A DNA stretch of 24,000 nucleotides from Desulforudis sp. Tu-874 (GCF_049818055.1 NZ_CP187479.1:902088-926087); one strand, 5' to 3'. Counted from the stretch's first letter, positions 16,492-23,662 are shown. Made by a program: numbers and translations. The notes: generated by a model not told the origin, from the letters alone.

Positions 16492-17703
16492 CTACCTCCC
16501 GATCTGCGTAACGACAGTGAAAATGGGCAAGTACATCGAAATAATAATGCCGCCGATAATACAGCCGATAATGATAATCAAAACGGGTTCGACAAGGGCG
16601 ACGAGTCCGCGCGCCATCGCCGCGACCTCGGCCTCGTAAAACTCCGCGATCCTGTTGAGTAACAAGGCCAGCGAGCCCGTCTCCTCACCGACGGCCACCA
16701 TCTGGGTGACCATGGGCGGAAATACGCCGCTCTCTTCCAGCGGGCCGGCGATGGTCTTGCCTTCCTGGATCTTTTCGGCGGCCAGTTCCACCACCTCGAC
16801 GATCACCGCGTTGCCCGAAGCGGGCCCGGCGGCCGCGAGGGCCTGCAGCACCGGGATACCGCCCGAAAGCAGGGTGGAAAAGGTACGGGCGAATCGCGCG
16901 ATGACGGTGCGCTGGAAAAGCGGGCCCATAACCGGGAGTTTAAGCTTTAAACGGTCCCAAGACCGCCGTCCGGCGGGGCTGTGCACGTAGAAACGCGCGC
17001 TAAAGAAGACCGCGGCAAGAACAGCAAACCACAGGTACCAGAAATGTCTTAAGGAATCGGAAACACTCATCAGTACCCTTGTCGGCAGGGGCAGGACCGC
17101 GCCGGCCGGAAAAAACTTGACGAATATCGGGACGATAAAAAACATCATACCCATCACGACCAGGCCGGCGAAGCAGAGCACCACCATCGGGTAAAAGGTG
17201 GCCGAACGAATGCTGTCCCGCAATTGCTTGTCGCGTTCGAGCTGCTCGGAAAGCCGGCGCAGGATTTCCTCCAGGGAGCCCCCGACCTCTCCGGCGCGCA
17301 CCATATCGGTATATAACGCCGGGAAGATGTCCGGGTAGCCGCGCAGCGCGTCCGAAAATCCCATCCCGGCTTCGACGTTGCGCGCTGTCTCAGCCACCGC
17401 CCGGGCCAGCGTCGGGTTCGTAACCTGCTTGCTCAAGGTATTCAGGCAACGGGTCAGCGGAATGCCCGCATCCAGCATGGCGGCCAGCTGCCTGCTGAAG
17501 AGGCTCAACTCCCCGATGTTCACATTGCGGCGAAAGGTGAAAAACTGGCGGATAGCCGATTCCTTTACCGGGGTTACATCCACGACGGTGTACCCTTGCC
17601 TGCGCAGGCGGGCAGCAACAGCGAACTCGTGCTCGGCATCCATCCGTCCGGTCACCGTATTGCCGGTACGGTCGATAATCTGGTAGGCGAAAAGCCCCAT
17701 CAT
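16492..17703 (-). CDS. pilC: type IV pilus platform protein PilC (GspF family)
   Basis: Two T2SSF repeats and three TM segments, at the typical length. Candidate starts are clustered (TTG 17706, ATG 17703, ATG 17700). Confidence 0.9.
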   Translation of the reverse strand: MMGLFAYQIIDRTGNTVTGRMDAEHEFAVAARLRRQGYTVVDVTPVKESAIRQFFTFRRNVNIGELSLFSRQLAAMLDAGIPLTRCLNTLSKQVTNPTLARAVAETARNVEAGMGFSDALRGYPDIFPALYTDMVRAGEVGGSLEEILRRLSEQLERDKQLRDSIRSATFYPMVVLCFAGLVVMGMMFFIVPIFVKFFPAGAVLPLPTRVLMSVSDSLRHFWYLWFAVLAAVFFSARFYVHSPAGRRSWDRLKLKLPVMGPLFQRTVIARFARTFSTLLSGGIPVLQALAAAGPASGNAVIVEVVELAAEKIQEGKTIAGPLEESGVFPPMVTQMVAVGEETGSLALLLNRIAEFYEAEVAAMARGLVALVEPVLIIIIGCIIGGIIISMYLPIFTVVTQIGR

Positions 17704-17721
17704 CAACCCCCGTTTCCTGAA

Positions 17722-18855
17722 TTAGAACCAGTTCTTGGCCTGCAGGCCGTTACGATCAGCCGCGCCGGTAAAGCCTTGCTGTAGCAGGCGCTCCAATTCC
17801 ACGCGGTCCACGCAGCGCAGCAGGGCGGTCTCCCGCGTGATCAAGCCGCGCTGGCAAAGATCGGCCAGAGACTGGTCCATCGTGCACATGCCCATCGCCC
17901 GGGCGGTCTGCATGGCCGTATAGAGCTGGTGTTCCTTGCTCTCGCGGATCAGGTTGCGCACCGCCGGCGTGGCCAGCATAAGTTCAACGGCCACCACCCG
18001 GCCGGAGCCGTCGGCAGTCGGCAAAAGCTGCTGCGCGATGACACCCTGCAGGCAGTCGGCGAGTTGCTGCCGGACCTGGTTCTGCATATACTCCGGAAAC
18101 ACGTCGACGATGCGGTGGATGGCCAGCGGCGCCGTCTGGGTGTGCAGCGTGGACAGCACCAGGTGGCCGGTCTCGGCGGCCGTAAGGGCGATGGCGATGC
18201 TCTCCAGGTCGCGCATTTCTCCGATCAGGATTACGTCGGGGTCGTGGCGCAGTACGTGGCGCAAAGCGTTGGCGAAGGAATGGGTGTCGGTGCCGACCTC
18301 ACGCTGCTTGACGATGCTCTTTTTATGGCTGTGCAAAAACTCGATCGGCTGTTCGATGGTGACGATGTTGAGGCTGCGCTCTCTGTTGATCAGGTTGACC
18401 ATAGCCGCCAGCGTAGTCGATTTGCCGCTGCCGGTGGGTCCGGTGACCAGCACGAGGCCCCGCGGGAGGAAACACAGGTCCCGGACGGCCGCGGGCAGAC
18501 GCAGGTCTTCGAGATCGGGAACAAACGTCGGCACCACGCGAAAGGCCACGGCCAGGGTCCCGCGCTGGCGCATGATGTTCCCCCGGAAGCGGCTTACCCC
18601 CGGTATTGAATAAGAGAAGTCCAGTTCCCATTCCTCTTCGAGCTGTTTACGATGGGTGGGGTCCAGGATGGGCATCACGAGATTGGTAATGTCCGCCGGC
18701 GTCAACGGGCGAAAGTCCAGGGGCACGAGTTCGCCGAAGACCCTGGCGATCGGCGGGGAACCCGCCGTGAGGTGCAGATCGGAGCCCTTGCGGTGCACCG
18801 TCTCGATCAGGATCTGGTCCATGCTGAGCACTTCCTTGCCGCCATCGCCGCTCAT
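17722..18855 (-). CDS. pilT: type IV pilus retraction ATPase PilT
   Basis: Walker A GPTGSGKST, Asp/His boxes and the PilT-type AVRNLIRE motif. ATG 18855 overlaps the pilB stop (ATGA) and has a GAGGGTGA RBS. The 498-aa ORF-track form is an upstream extension into pilB. Confidence 0.9.
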   Translation of the reverse strand: MSGDGGKEVLSMDQILIETVHRKGSDLHLTAGSPPIARVFGELVPLDFRPLTPADITNLVMPILDPTHRKQLEEEWELDFSYSIPGVSRFRGNIMRQRGTLAVAFRVVPTFVPDLEDLRLPAAVRDLCFLPRGLVLVTGPTGSGKSTTLAAMVNLINRERSLNIVTIEQPIEFLHSHKKSIVKQREVGTDTHSFANALRHVLRHDPDVILIGEMRDLESIAIALTAAETGHLVLSTLHTQTAPLAIHRIVDVFPEYMQNQVRQQLADCLQGVIAQQLLPTADGSGRVVAVELMLATPAVRNLIRESKEHQLYTAMQTARAMGMCTMDQSLADLCQRGLITRETALLRCVDRVELERLLQQGFTGAADRNGLQAKNWF

Positions 18856-20540
18856 ACGATCACCCTCATTATTTCTTCCAGCGACGTTATACCCTGCTTG
18901 ACCTTTAGCATTCCGTCCCGGCGCAGCGTGACCATGCCCTCGCTGATCGCCTGGTCCTTGATCTCCGAGGCCGAACGCCTCTGCAGGGTTAAGCGCCGGA
19001 TCGGTTCGGTAACGCGCAGCAATTCGTAAACGCCGGTGCGTCCCTTGTATCCCGTCCTGCTGCACCGCAAGCAACCTTTGGGGCGGTATAGGCGGACCGG
19101 TCCGCCGGCGGGGTCTGCCGGAAAATCGGGGATATTCGCCAGTTCCTCCGGGCTTAAGCTGTACTCTTCCTTGCAGTTGGGGCACAGCTTGCGCACCAGC
19201 CGCTGTGCCAGAACACAAACGAGCGATGACGCCGTAAGGAAGGGTTCGATCCCCATGTCCGACAGGCGGGTAATTGCTCCCGCGGCATCGTTGGTGTGTA
19301 GCGTCGACAGCACCAGGTGGCCGGTGAGGGCCGACTCCACGGCGATCCGCGCCGTTTCCTGGTCGCGGATCTCGCCGATCATCACGATATCCGGGTCGCT
19401 CCGCAAGATGGAGCGCAGCCCGTTGGCAAAGGTCAGTCCCGCCTTGGGGTTAACCTGTATCTGGTTCAGCCCGTCGAGCCGGTACTCCACCGGGTCCTCG
19501 ACCGTGATGATGTTCTTCTCCACGGAATTCAGTGCCGCCAGCGCGGCGTACAGCGTCGTGCTCTTGCCGCTTCCGGTGGGTCCCGTCACCAGGATGAACC
19601 CGTAAGGCAGGCGCAAAAACTCTTCGAAGGCCCCGAGGACCTGGCGGGAAAAACCCAGTTTCTCCAAAGTTATCAGCTTGGCCGAGCGGTCGAGGAGACG
19701 CAGGGTCAGCTTCTCGCCGTAGGCCGCCGGCAGCGAAGCGACCCGGACGTCCACGGTCTTGCCTTCGATCCTCAGCGTCATCCGCCCGTCCTGCGGGACG
19801 CGGCGGTCGGCGATGTCCATATTGGCCAGGACCTTGATGCGCGACACCAGCGCCGGGTGAAGCCTGCGCGGCGGCTGCATTATGTCGTGCAGCACGCCGT
19901 CCAGGCGGAAACGTACGCGCATGGACTTCTCCTGCGGGTCGATGTGGATGTCGCTCGCCCCGGCGTTTACGGCCTGGCTGAAAATCAGGTTGGCCAGGCT
20001 GACGGCGGGCTTGTCCGCGGACTCCTCGGGACCGGTGACGATTTCCGGCGCCTGCTGTTCGTCCTCGGGTGCCGTTTCGACATCGGAGTTGGTGCGGCTG
20101 AAGCGGTCGATCGCCGACTCCAGCTCGCTGTCCGGAACAACCACCGGCTGGATTTCGTATCCCGTCAGTATCCGCAGGTCGTCCAGGGCGATCACGTCGG
20201 TGGGGCGCATCATCGCCACCACCAGCCGCCCGTTGTCGAAACCGATGGGCAGGGCGCGGTAACGGCGGGCAACCTCGGGGGAAACCAGGCTCATGGCCGC
20301 CGAATCGATAGTATACGACTCCAAGCTGACAAAAGGCACGCCGGCCCGTTCGGCCATGACCCGCGCGATGTCGTCCTCGCTGCAATACCCCAGCTTGACC
20401 AGCGTACGGCCCAGGAGGCCCTTGTCACCATCCCTGATAACCTGGCTCTTAAGCGCCTCCTCAAGCTGATCCTGCGTAATAATGCCGGCCTCAACCAGCT
20501 TGGTCCCCAGGAAATTACGGCTCGGCTGAAGTTTCGCCAT
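18852..20540 (-). CDS. pilB: type IV pilus assembly ATPase PilB (GspE family) with an MshEN-like N-terminal domain
   Basis: T2SSE N-domain (LVEAGIITQDQLEEALKSQ), Walker A GPTGSGKSTT, and a tetracysteine motif CPNC...CLRC. AAGGTGA RBS. Confidence 0.9.
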   Translation of the reverse strand: MAKLQPSRNFLGTKLVEAGIITQDQLEEALKSQVIRDGDKGLLGRTLVKLGYCSEDDIARVMAERAGVPFVSLESYTIDSAAMSLVSPEVARRYRALPIGFDNGRLVVAMMRPTDVIALDDLRILTGYEIQPVVVPDSELESAIDRFSRTNSDVETAPEDEQQAPEIVTGPEESADKPAVSLANLIFSQAVNAGASDIHIDPQEKSMRVRFRLDGVLHDIMQPPRRLHPALVSRIKVLANMDIADRRVPQDGRMTLRIEGKTVDVRVASLPAAYGEKLTLRLLDRSAKLITLEKLGFSRQVLGAFEEFLRLPYGFILVTGPTGSGKSTTLYAALAALNSVEKNIITVEDPVEYRLDGLNQIQVNPKAGLTFANGLRSILRSDPDIVMIGEIRDQETARIAVESALTGHLVLSTLHTNDAAGAITRLSDMGIEPFLTASSLVCVLAQRLVRKLCPNCKEEYSLSPEELANIPDFPADPAGGPVRLYRPKGCLRCSRTGYKGRTGVYELLRVTEPIRRLTLQRRSASEIKDQAISEGMVTLRRDGMLKVKQGITSLEEIMRVIV

Positions 20541-20770
20541 CAGATCACCTTATCGTTAATATCCCGGACTATAAGTAATTTCGGCAGAAACCTACTGGCG
20601 GTAAATATATGCCAGACGGAAAAGCTATCCTTTCGACAATTAATCTAACAATACATGAAATTTATATATTAATTGCTAAATTTATTATAATTGTGCATGA
20701 AAAGAGCCGCCACCCTTTAGTGAAAATAAACCCCTTTCGTACCTCTCGGCGGATCTTTCTTGACACAAGG
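20541..20770 (-). promoter_or_regulatory. AT-rich upstream/leader region of the pilB operon (promoter not pinpointed)
   Basis: The base composition drops sharply to AT-rich. Several TATAAT-like hexamers are present (TATAAT, TAATAT). An 8-bp inverted repeat CAATTAAT/ATTAATTG sits at 20637-20644 and 20668-20675. Confidence 0.35.
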
Positions 20771-20771
20771 C

Positions 20772-20806
20772 AAACAAAAAAACCGGCCTAAAATCTGAGG
20801 CCGGTT
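20772..20806 (-). terminator. rho-independent terminator ending the peptidase-sortase operon
   Basis: On the minus strand, AACCGGCCU-CAGAUUUU-AGGCCGGUU is followed by a U-tract (UUUUUGUUUG). Confidence 0.7.
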
Positions 20807-20821
20807 GCATAATCATGGCTG

Positions 20822-21475
20822 CTAATTCTCAACCAACTTGGCCCTTACAGCCAGGCGGTTTTCCTTGCCCGATTTGTGACACGTCGTTAACGTCAACGCC
20901 GAATAATCAGTTGGCTGGATAACACTCCAATCATTAGCGGCTATCACCTTGACAAACTCGACCTCGTACACAAAACGTTCGGTACCCTTCTTAATGAGGA
21001 TCCGGTCACCGGCAACCAGCCGGTCTATCTTGCGAAATCACGAACCGTACATGTTCCTATGTGCCGCGACCGCTGTGTTTCCCTCTCCGGGCATCGCCGA
21101 GTGCTCATACCATCCCGGTCCCCTGCTCAGCACGTATGATGTCGTTCCCTTCGCAACGGCTGCTTTCAGCCCTATCTTAGGGATCTCTATTACGAATACC
21201 GCCGGTAAAGGAGGCGGCGGAGGAGCCGGCGCTGGTTTCTTCTCCTCCCCCTTTGGTTCGCCGTCACCAACGACAGGGTTTTCCGTAAGCCCGGTTTCTT
21301 GCCGGACGCTGCCTGCTACACCAGGCACCAGCTCGACTGACTCCATCCGCTCCAGGGCGTGCCGCTGGTAAAGCCAGGCGCGGACATCGGTAAAAAAAGG
21401 GTAAAGCATCAGCAATACCCCCGCTGTCATCAATAAACCGCTGAGAACGATAACCAGCATTCTTTTTCCGGACAT
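20822..21475 (-). pseudogene. sortase (class D/E-like) interrupted by a single in-frame TGA at 21038-21040
   Basis: The N-terminal part (to 21041) has the TM anchor and the His motif (NTAVAAHRNMYGS). The same frame continues after TGA as FRKIDRLVAGDRILIKKGTERFVYEVEFV...SALTLTTCHKSGKENRLAVRAKLVEN. That part carries the TLxTC Cys and the conserved Arg. ATG 21475 has GGAGAG 5 nt upstream. Confidence 0.75.
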
Positions 21476-21552
21476 CTCAACTCTCCAGACTTTCAAGTCC
21501 AAAAGGGGCAATTATTCCTGGCAAGTATTTCTGCACGCAACTCAGTCAAACC

Positions 21553-22092
21553 TTACGCGGGAAGTGGCAGGGTTATGAAATAAGCCGAAACCGTGCCCAG
21601 GAAAATGGCAATGCCGTAAGGAACGGCCAGGCGGTCTTTCGCCTTGACCTCTTCGTTCGGGAGCATCACGTCGTAGCCGATCTTCCCCCTGGTGTAGACA
21701 AACAGTTTTACCCCTACAAGAAAATCGTTCAGGCGTTTGAAGCGCTTGCTGACGATGAGAGCAAGTAAAGCCACTGCTCCGCCCCAGAGAGCGGTCAACA
21801 GCACCGCCGAAAGAATAAATCCGGTCCCCTTGAGCGCGCCGATGGCGCCTAAAAGCTTGACGTCTCCCCCGCCGAGGCCGCCAAGGGCAAACGGAATAAA
21901 AAGAATCAACAGGCCGATCAGCAGCCCCTTGGCACTTAAAAGCAAACCGGGCCAACTCCCGAGGACCCCGTTAATAACCAAACCGGCCGCCATTCCCGAC
22001 AGGGTCAGCCAGTTCGGAATACGGTTTGTGCGCAAATCCCAGGCCAGGCCGATGCCGACCAGCAGGATAACAAGCACGTCGATCATCGTCAA
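21553..22092 (-). CDS. A24-family prepilin peptidase, short CpaA/TadV-like form without an N-methyltransferase domain
   Basis: 179 aa and polytopic. The two catalytic Asp contexts are AWDLRTNRIPN and GGGDVKLLGAIG. There is no cytoplasmic Cys-rich methyltransferase region. GAGGA RBS. Confidence 0.85.
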   Translation of the reverse strand: MTMIDVLVILLVGIGLAWDLRTNRIPNWLTLSGMAAGLVINGVLGSWPGLLLSAKGLLIGLLILFIPFALGGLGGGDVKLLGAIGALKGTGFILSAVLLTALWGGAVALLALIVSKRFKRLNDFLVGVKLFVYTRGKIGYDVMLPNEEVKAKDRLAVPYGIAIFLGTVSAYFITLPLPA

Positions 22093-22139
22093 ATCCTCAG
22101 CTAAAGATCCTTAAACGTATCGGTAACCGGGAGAGTTCG

Positions 22140-22325
22140 TTATTTGAACTCCACAGCTACAATACCCTTCGTGCGGATGGTTACCAGTCGTTTGCACTTG
22201 TTGCACTTGATTTCGATATCGTCGCCGTTGACCACACAAATCAGCTTGTTGCAAAGACACCTTGTTTGCCTGCCGGTCCCCCGGGAGGCCGTTCCGGCAA
22301 GGCTTTGATCGGTCTTATCTTGCAT
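22140..22325 (-). CDS. Com-like zinc-ribbon protein (61 aa)
   Basis: From ATG 22325 (RBS GGAG) the product is MQDKTDQS...TRCLCNKLICVVNGDDIEIKCNKCKRLVTIRT... From memory it resembles phage Mu Com (IRCKNCNKLLFKADSFDHIEIRCPRCKRHI). The first Cys pair has altered spacing. Confidence 0.5.
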   Translation of the reverse strand: MQDKTDQSLAGTASRGTGRQTRCLCNKLICVVNGDDIEIKCNKCKRLVTIRTKGIVAVEFK

Positions 22326-22351
22326 TAATCTCCTGCTCCTCAAAGATAAAA

Positions 22352-22394
22352 CAAAAGGACAAAATATCAAACCGACCTTGACTTAAGGTCGGTT
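22352..22394 (-). terminator. intrinsic terminator forming the expression platform of the leader upstream of the Com-like gene
   Basis: A perfect 10-bp stem, AACCGACCUU-AAGUC-AAGGUCGGUU on the minus strand, followed by UGAUAUUUUGUCCUUUUGUUUU. It lies only about 25 nt before the RBS. Confidence 0.7.
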
Positions 22395-22495
22395 GCCTTG
22401 ACCGTTCCGCGGTAATTCAGGTACCCATTCACCAGCCACGTGCACTGCTCCCCGTTGGGAAAACCAATCCGGCTTCCTGCAAATTCCCGCTTTCA
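22385..22495 (-). promoter_or_regulatory. candidate c-di-GMP-II-like riboswitch aptamer
   Basis: The minus-strand leader contains GUGAAUGGGU (22432-22423) and GCAACCGACC (22396-22387). They occur in the same order as AUGAAUGGGU and GCAACCGACC in the C. acetobutylicum c-di-GMP-II aptamer, which I recall from memory. The second block is also the 5' arm of the terminator. I could not complete a full fold by eye. Confidence 0.45.
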
Positions 22496-22501
22496 CCAAG
22501 A

Positions 22502-22530
22502 ATTTTATCTTTGTTTTAACTGTTTGTCCA
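22502..22530 (-). promoter_or_regulatory. candidate sigma-A promoter for the leader/Com-like operon
   Basis: The minus strand reads TGGACA (22530-22525), a 17-nt spacer, then TAAAAT (22507-22502). Confidence 0.45.
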
Positions 22531-22603
22531 CTACAACTTTCACCAGAAATATCGGCCTTGGGATCTGTATCGAAGTACTTGTCCTCCGGCCTTTTCTTAC
22601 CAC

Positions 22604-23485
22604 CTAATAGACAGCGTAGCTGTCGACCAGGTAGGTTTTAGCAAAGAGCTCGGCGTTGTCATAGTACCGATCCCCCGTTTTGCGCACGAACTTGCCGTCT
22701 TTCACGTATCCTGCGTCCCACGTGGTGTCCATGGGCACCCAGCGGCCGTCGACCTTAATCTCGTTCCAGGCGTGAAACTGGCGTTCCCAGGAATCGCTCC
22801 CGGCCTGCCCGTAAACCACGCGTGCCTCCAGTCCGGCCGCGCGGGCCAACGCCGCGGTCAGGAAGGCGTACCCGCTGCAGACCCCCTGGCGCGCCTCGAG
22901 CGTGCTGCTTGCGGGAGACAGGCTCAAATCCTTGGAAGCAAGACGGCCGGTATCATAGCCGATGTTGGCGGCAACCCAATCGTGGATCGCCCTGGCCTTT
23001 TCCGCGCTCGTTTTGGAACCTGCCGTAACGGCGGCCGCAAGTTTCACGATGTTCTGATCGGCTGAATCAATATAAGCGGAGGGAGCAAGATACCTGTTAT
23101 CCTCCCCGGCCTTGTTGATGACCTGAAACCTGACGGTGCCGTCAAACTTCCGCGGGTTGTCCCCTGCCCAGATCGTGTAAATACCCTGGCCGAAACGAAG
23201 GCTGATCGTCCGTGTGAAGCTTCCCTCTTCGGGATCAACCGGGTAGGTCTCGATCTCGCCGCCGGGACCTCTTACCGCCAGCCATAGCTGCTGTAAATCG
23301 GTCTTACCGGTAACCGTCAGGTCGCCGCTCAACTCCGTCAGGTTCCGGCTCGGGGAAGTGATTTCGATAGCCGCAGATTTAAAGCCGACAGAGTACGCCG
23401 CATCGGCTGCTCCCGGAATGATAACGCAGCAGATGCAAGTCACTAAGACCAAAAGCCAAAAAGCACTCTCGCGGCTGACTCTCAT
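22604..23485 (-). CDS. secreted transglutaminase-like (Cys-His-Asp core) protein
   Basis: Signal peptide MRVSRESAFWLLVLVTCICCVIIPGAADA. Transglutaminase core residues QGVCSGYAFL ... FHAWNEI ... MDTTWD. ATG 23485 is preferred because the 23557 extension would run through the leader terminator. Confidence 0.8.
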   Translation of the reverse strand: MRVSRESAFWLLVLVTCICCVIIPGAADAAYSVGFKSAAIEITSPSRNLTELSGDLTVTGKTDLQQLWLAVRGPGGEIETYPVDPEEGSFTRTISLRFGQGIYTIWAGDNPRKFDGTVRFQVINKAGEDNRYLAPSAYIDSADQNIVKLAAAVTAGSKTSAEKARAIHDWVAANIGYDTGRLASKDLSLSPASSTLEARQGVCSGYAFLTAALARAAGLEARVVYGQAGSDSWERQFHAWNEIKVDGRWVPMDTTWDAGYVKDGKFVRKTGDRYYDNAELFAKTYLVDSYAVY

Positions 23486-23498
23486 CAAGATTCCCCCG

Positions 23499-23538
23499 AA
23501 CAATAAAGAAGCCTGCTCGCCAATTGACGTGCAGGCTT
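23499..23538 (-). terminator. intrinsic terminator (expression platform of the GEMM-I leader)
   Basis: On the minus strand, AAGCCUGC-(14 nt)-GCAGGCUU is followed by CUUUAUUGUU. It ends about 14 nt before the ATG at 23485. Confidence 0.6.
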
Positions 23539-23544
23539 TGAACA

Positions 23545-23640
23545 AGCTTACCGGCAACTGGCTGGCGTAGCAGGTTCCCCTGCCTTAGCCCCTTTAGCTT
23601 TGCGCCGCCACCTTTCGGTGGCTTTGCCCTGAGCGGAGTA
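23545..23640 (-). promoter_or_regulatory. c-di-GMP-I (GEMM-I) riboswitch aptamer
   Basis: The minus strand reads CUCAGGGCAAAGCCACCGAAAGGUGGCGGCGCAAAGCUAAAGGGGCUAAGGCAGGGGAACCUGCUACGCCAGCCAGUUGCC. It has CAGGGCAAA, a 6-bp hairpin capped by GAAA, GCGCAAAGC, and a second hairpin with a CUAAG receptor-like bulge and a GGAA loop. It is collinear with the V. cholerae Vc2 aptamer as I recall it. Confidence 0.7.
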
Positions 23641-23662
23641 TTAAGTTTGCACTTTGCTGTTT

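Noticed and set aside
16549-16575. Tandem GCCGATAAT GCCGATAAT on the plus strand, resembling sigma-28 -10 boxes
   Set aside because: It lies inside pilC on the antisense strand and simply encodes the IIGCIIGGIII membrane segment. There is no TAAA -35 partner and no downstream gene.
15794-16639. 281-aa plus-strand ORF
   Set aside because: It is antisense to the sigma factor and the pilC 3' end, and is a shadow frame.
17929-18613. Two plus-strand ORFs of about 225 aa
   Set aside because: Both are antisense to pilT in two frames. The pilT frame has the ATPase motifs.
18856-19218. N-terminal 121-aa extension of pilT (the 498-aa ORF-track form)
   Set aside because: The extension overlaps pilB out of frame and is Arg/Pro/Gly-rich. 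ATG 18855 has a good RBS and the typical ATGA coupling with pilB.
19317-20648. 443-aa plus-strand ORF, and a 311-aa minus-strand ORF in an alternative frame (19450-20385)
   Set aside because: Both overlap pilB, whose frame carries the Walker and tetracysteine motifs. The alternatives are Arg/Gly/Pro-rich low-complexity shadows.
20700-20755. CCGCCG...UGGCGG stem followed by CUCUUUU upstream of pilB, considered as a riboswitch or terminator
   Set aside because: The stem is only 5-6 bp and closes a loop of about 34 nt. I recognised no conserved riboswitch core, so it is too weak to call.
20995-21040. Possible selenocysteine (SECIS-like CCGGC-UGGUU-GCCGG hairpin about 15 nt after the sortase TGA), or TGA read as a sense codon
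   Set aside because: The position is not catalytic and the hairpin is short and generic. At least five other genes in the window (pilB, pilM, istA, the ABC ATPase and a minor pilin) terminate with TGA, so a recoded genetic code is unlikely. A nonsense mutation or a sequencing error is simpler.
23486-23557. 24-aa N-terminal extension of the transglutaminase-like ORF
   Set aside because: It would be encoded by the leader terminator hairpin. The signal peptide begins at the ATG at 23485, which has a GGGGGA RBS.
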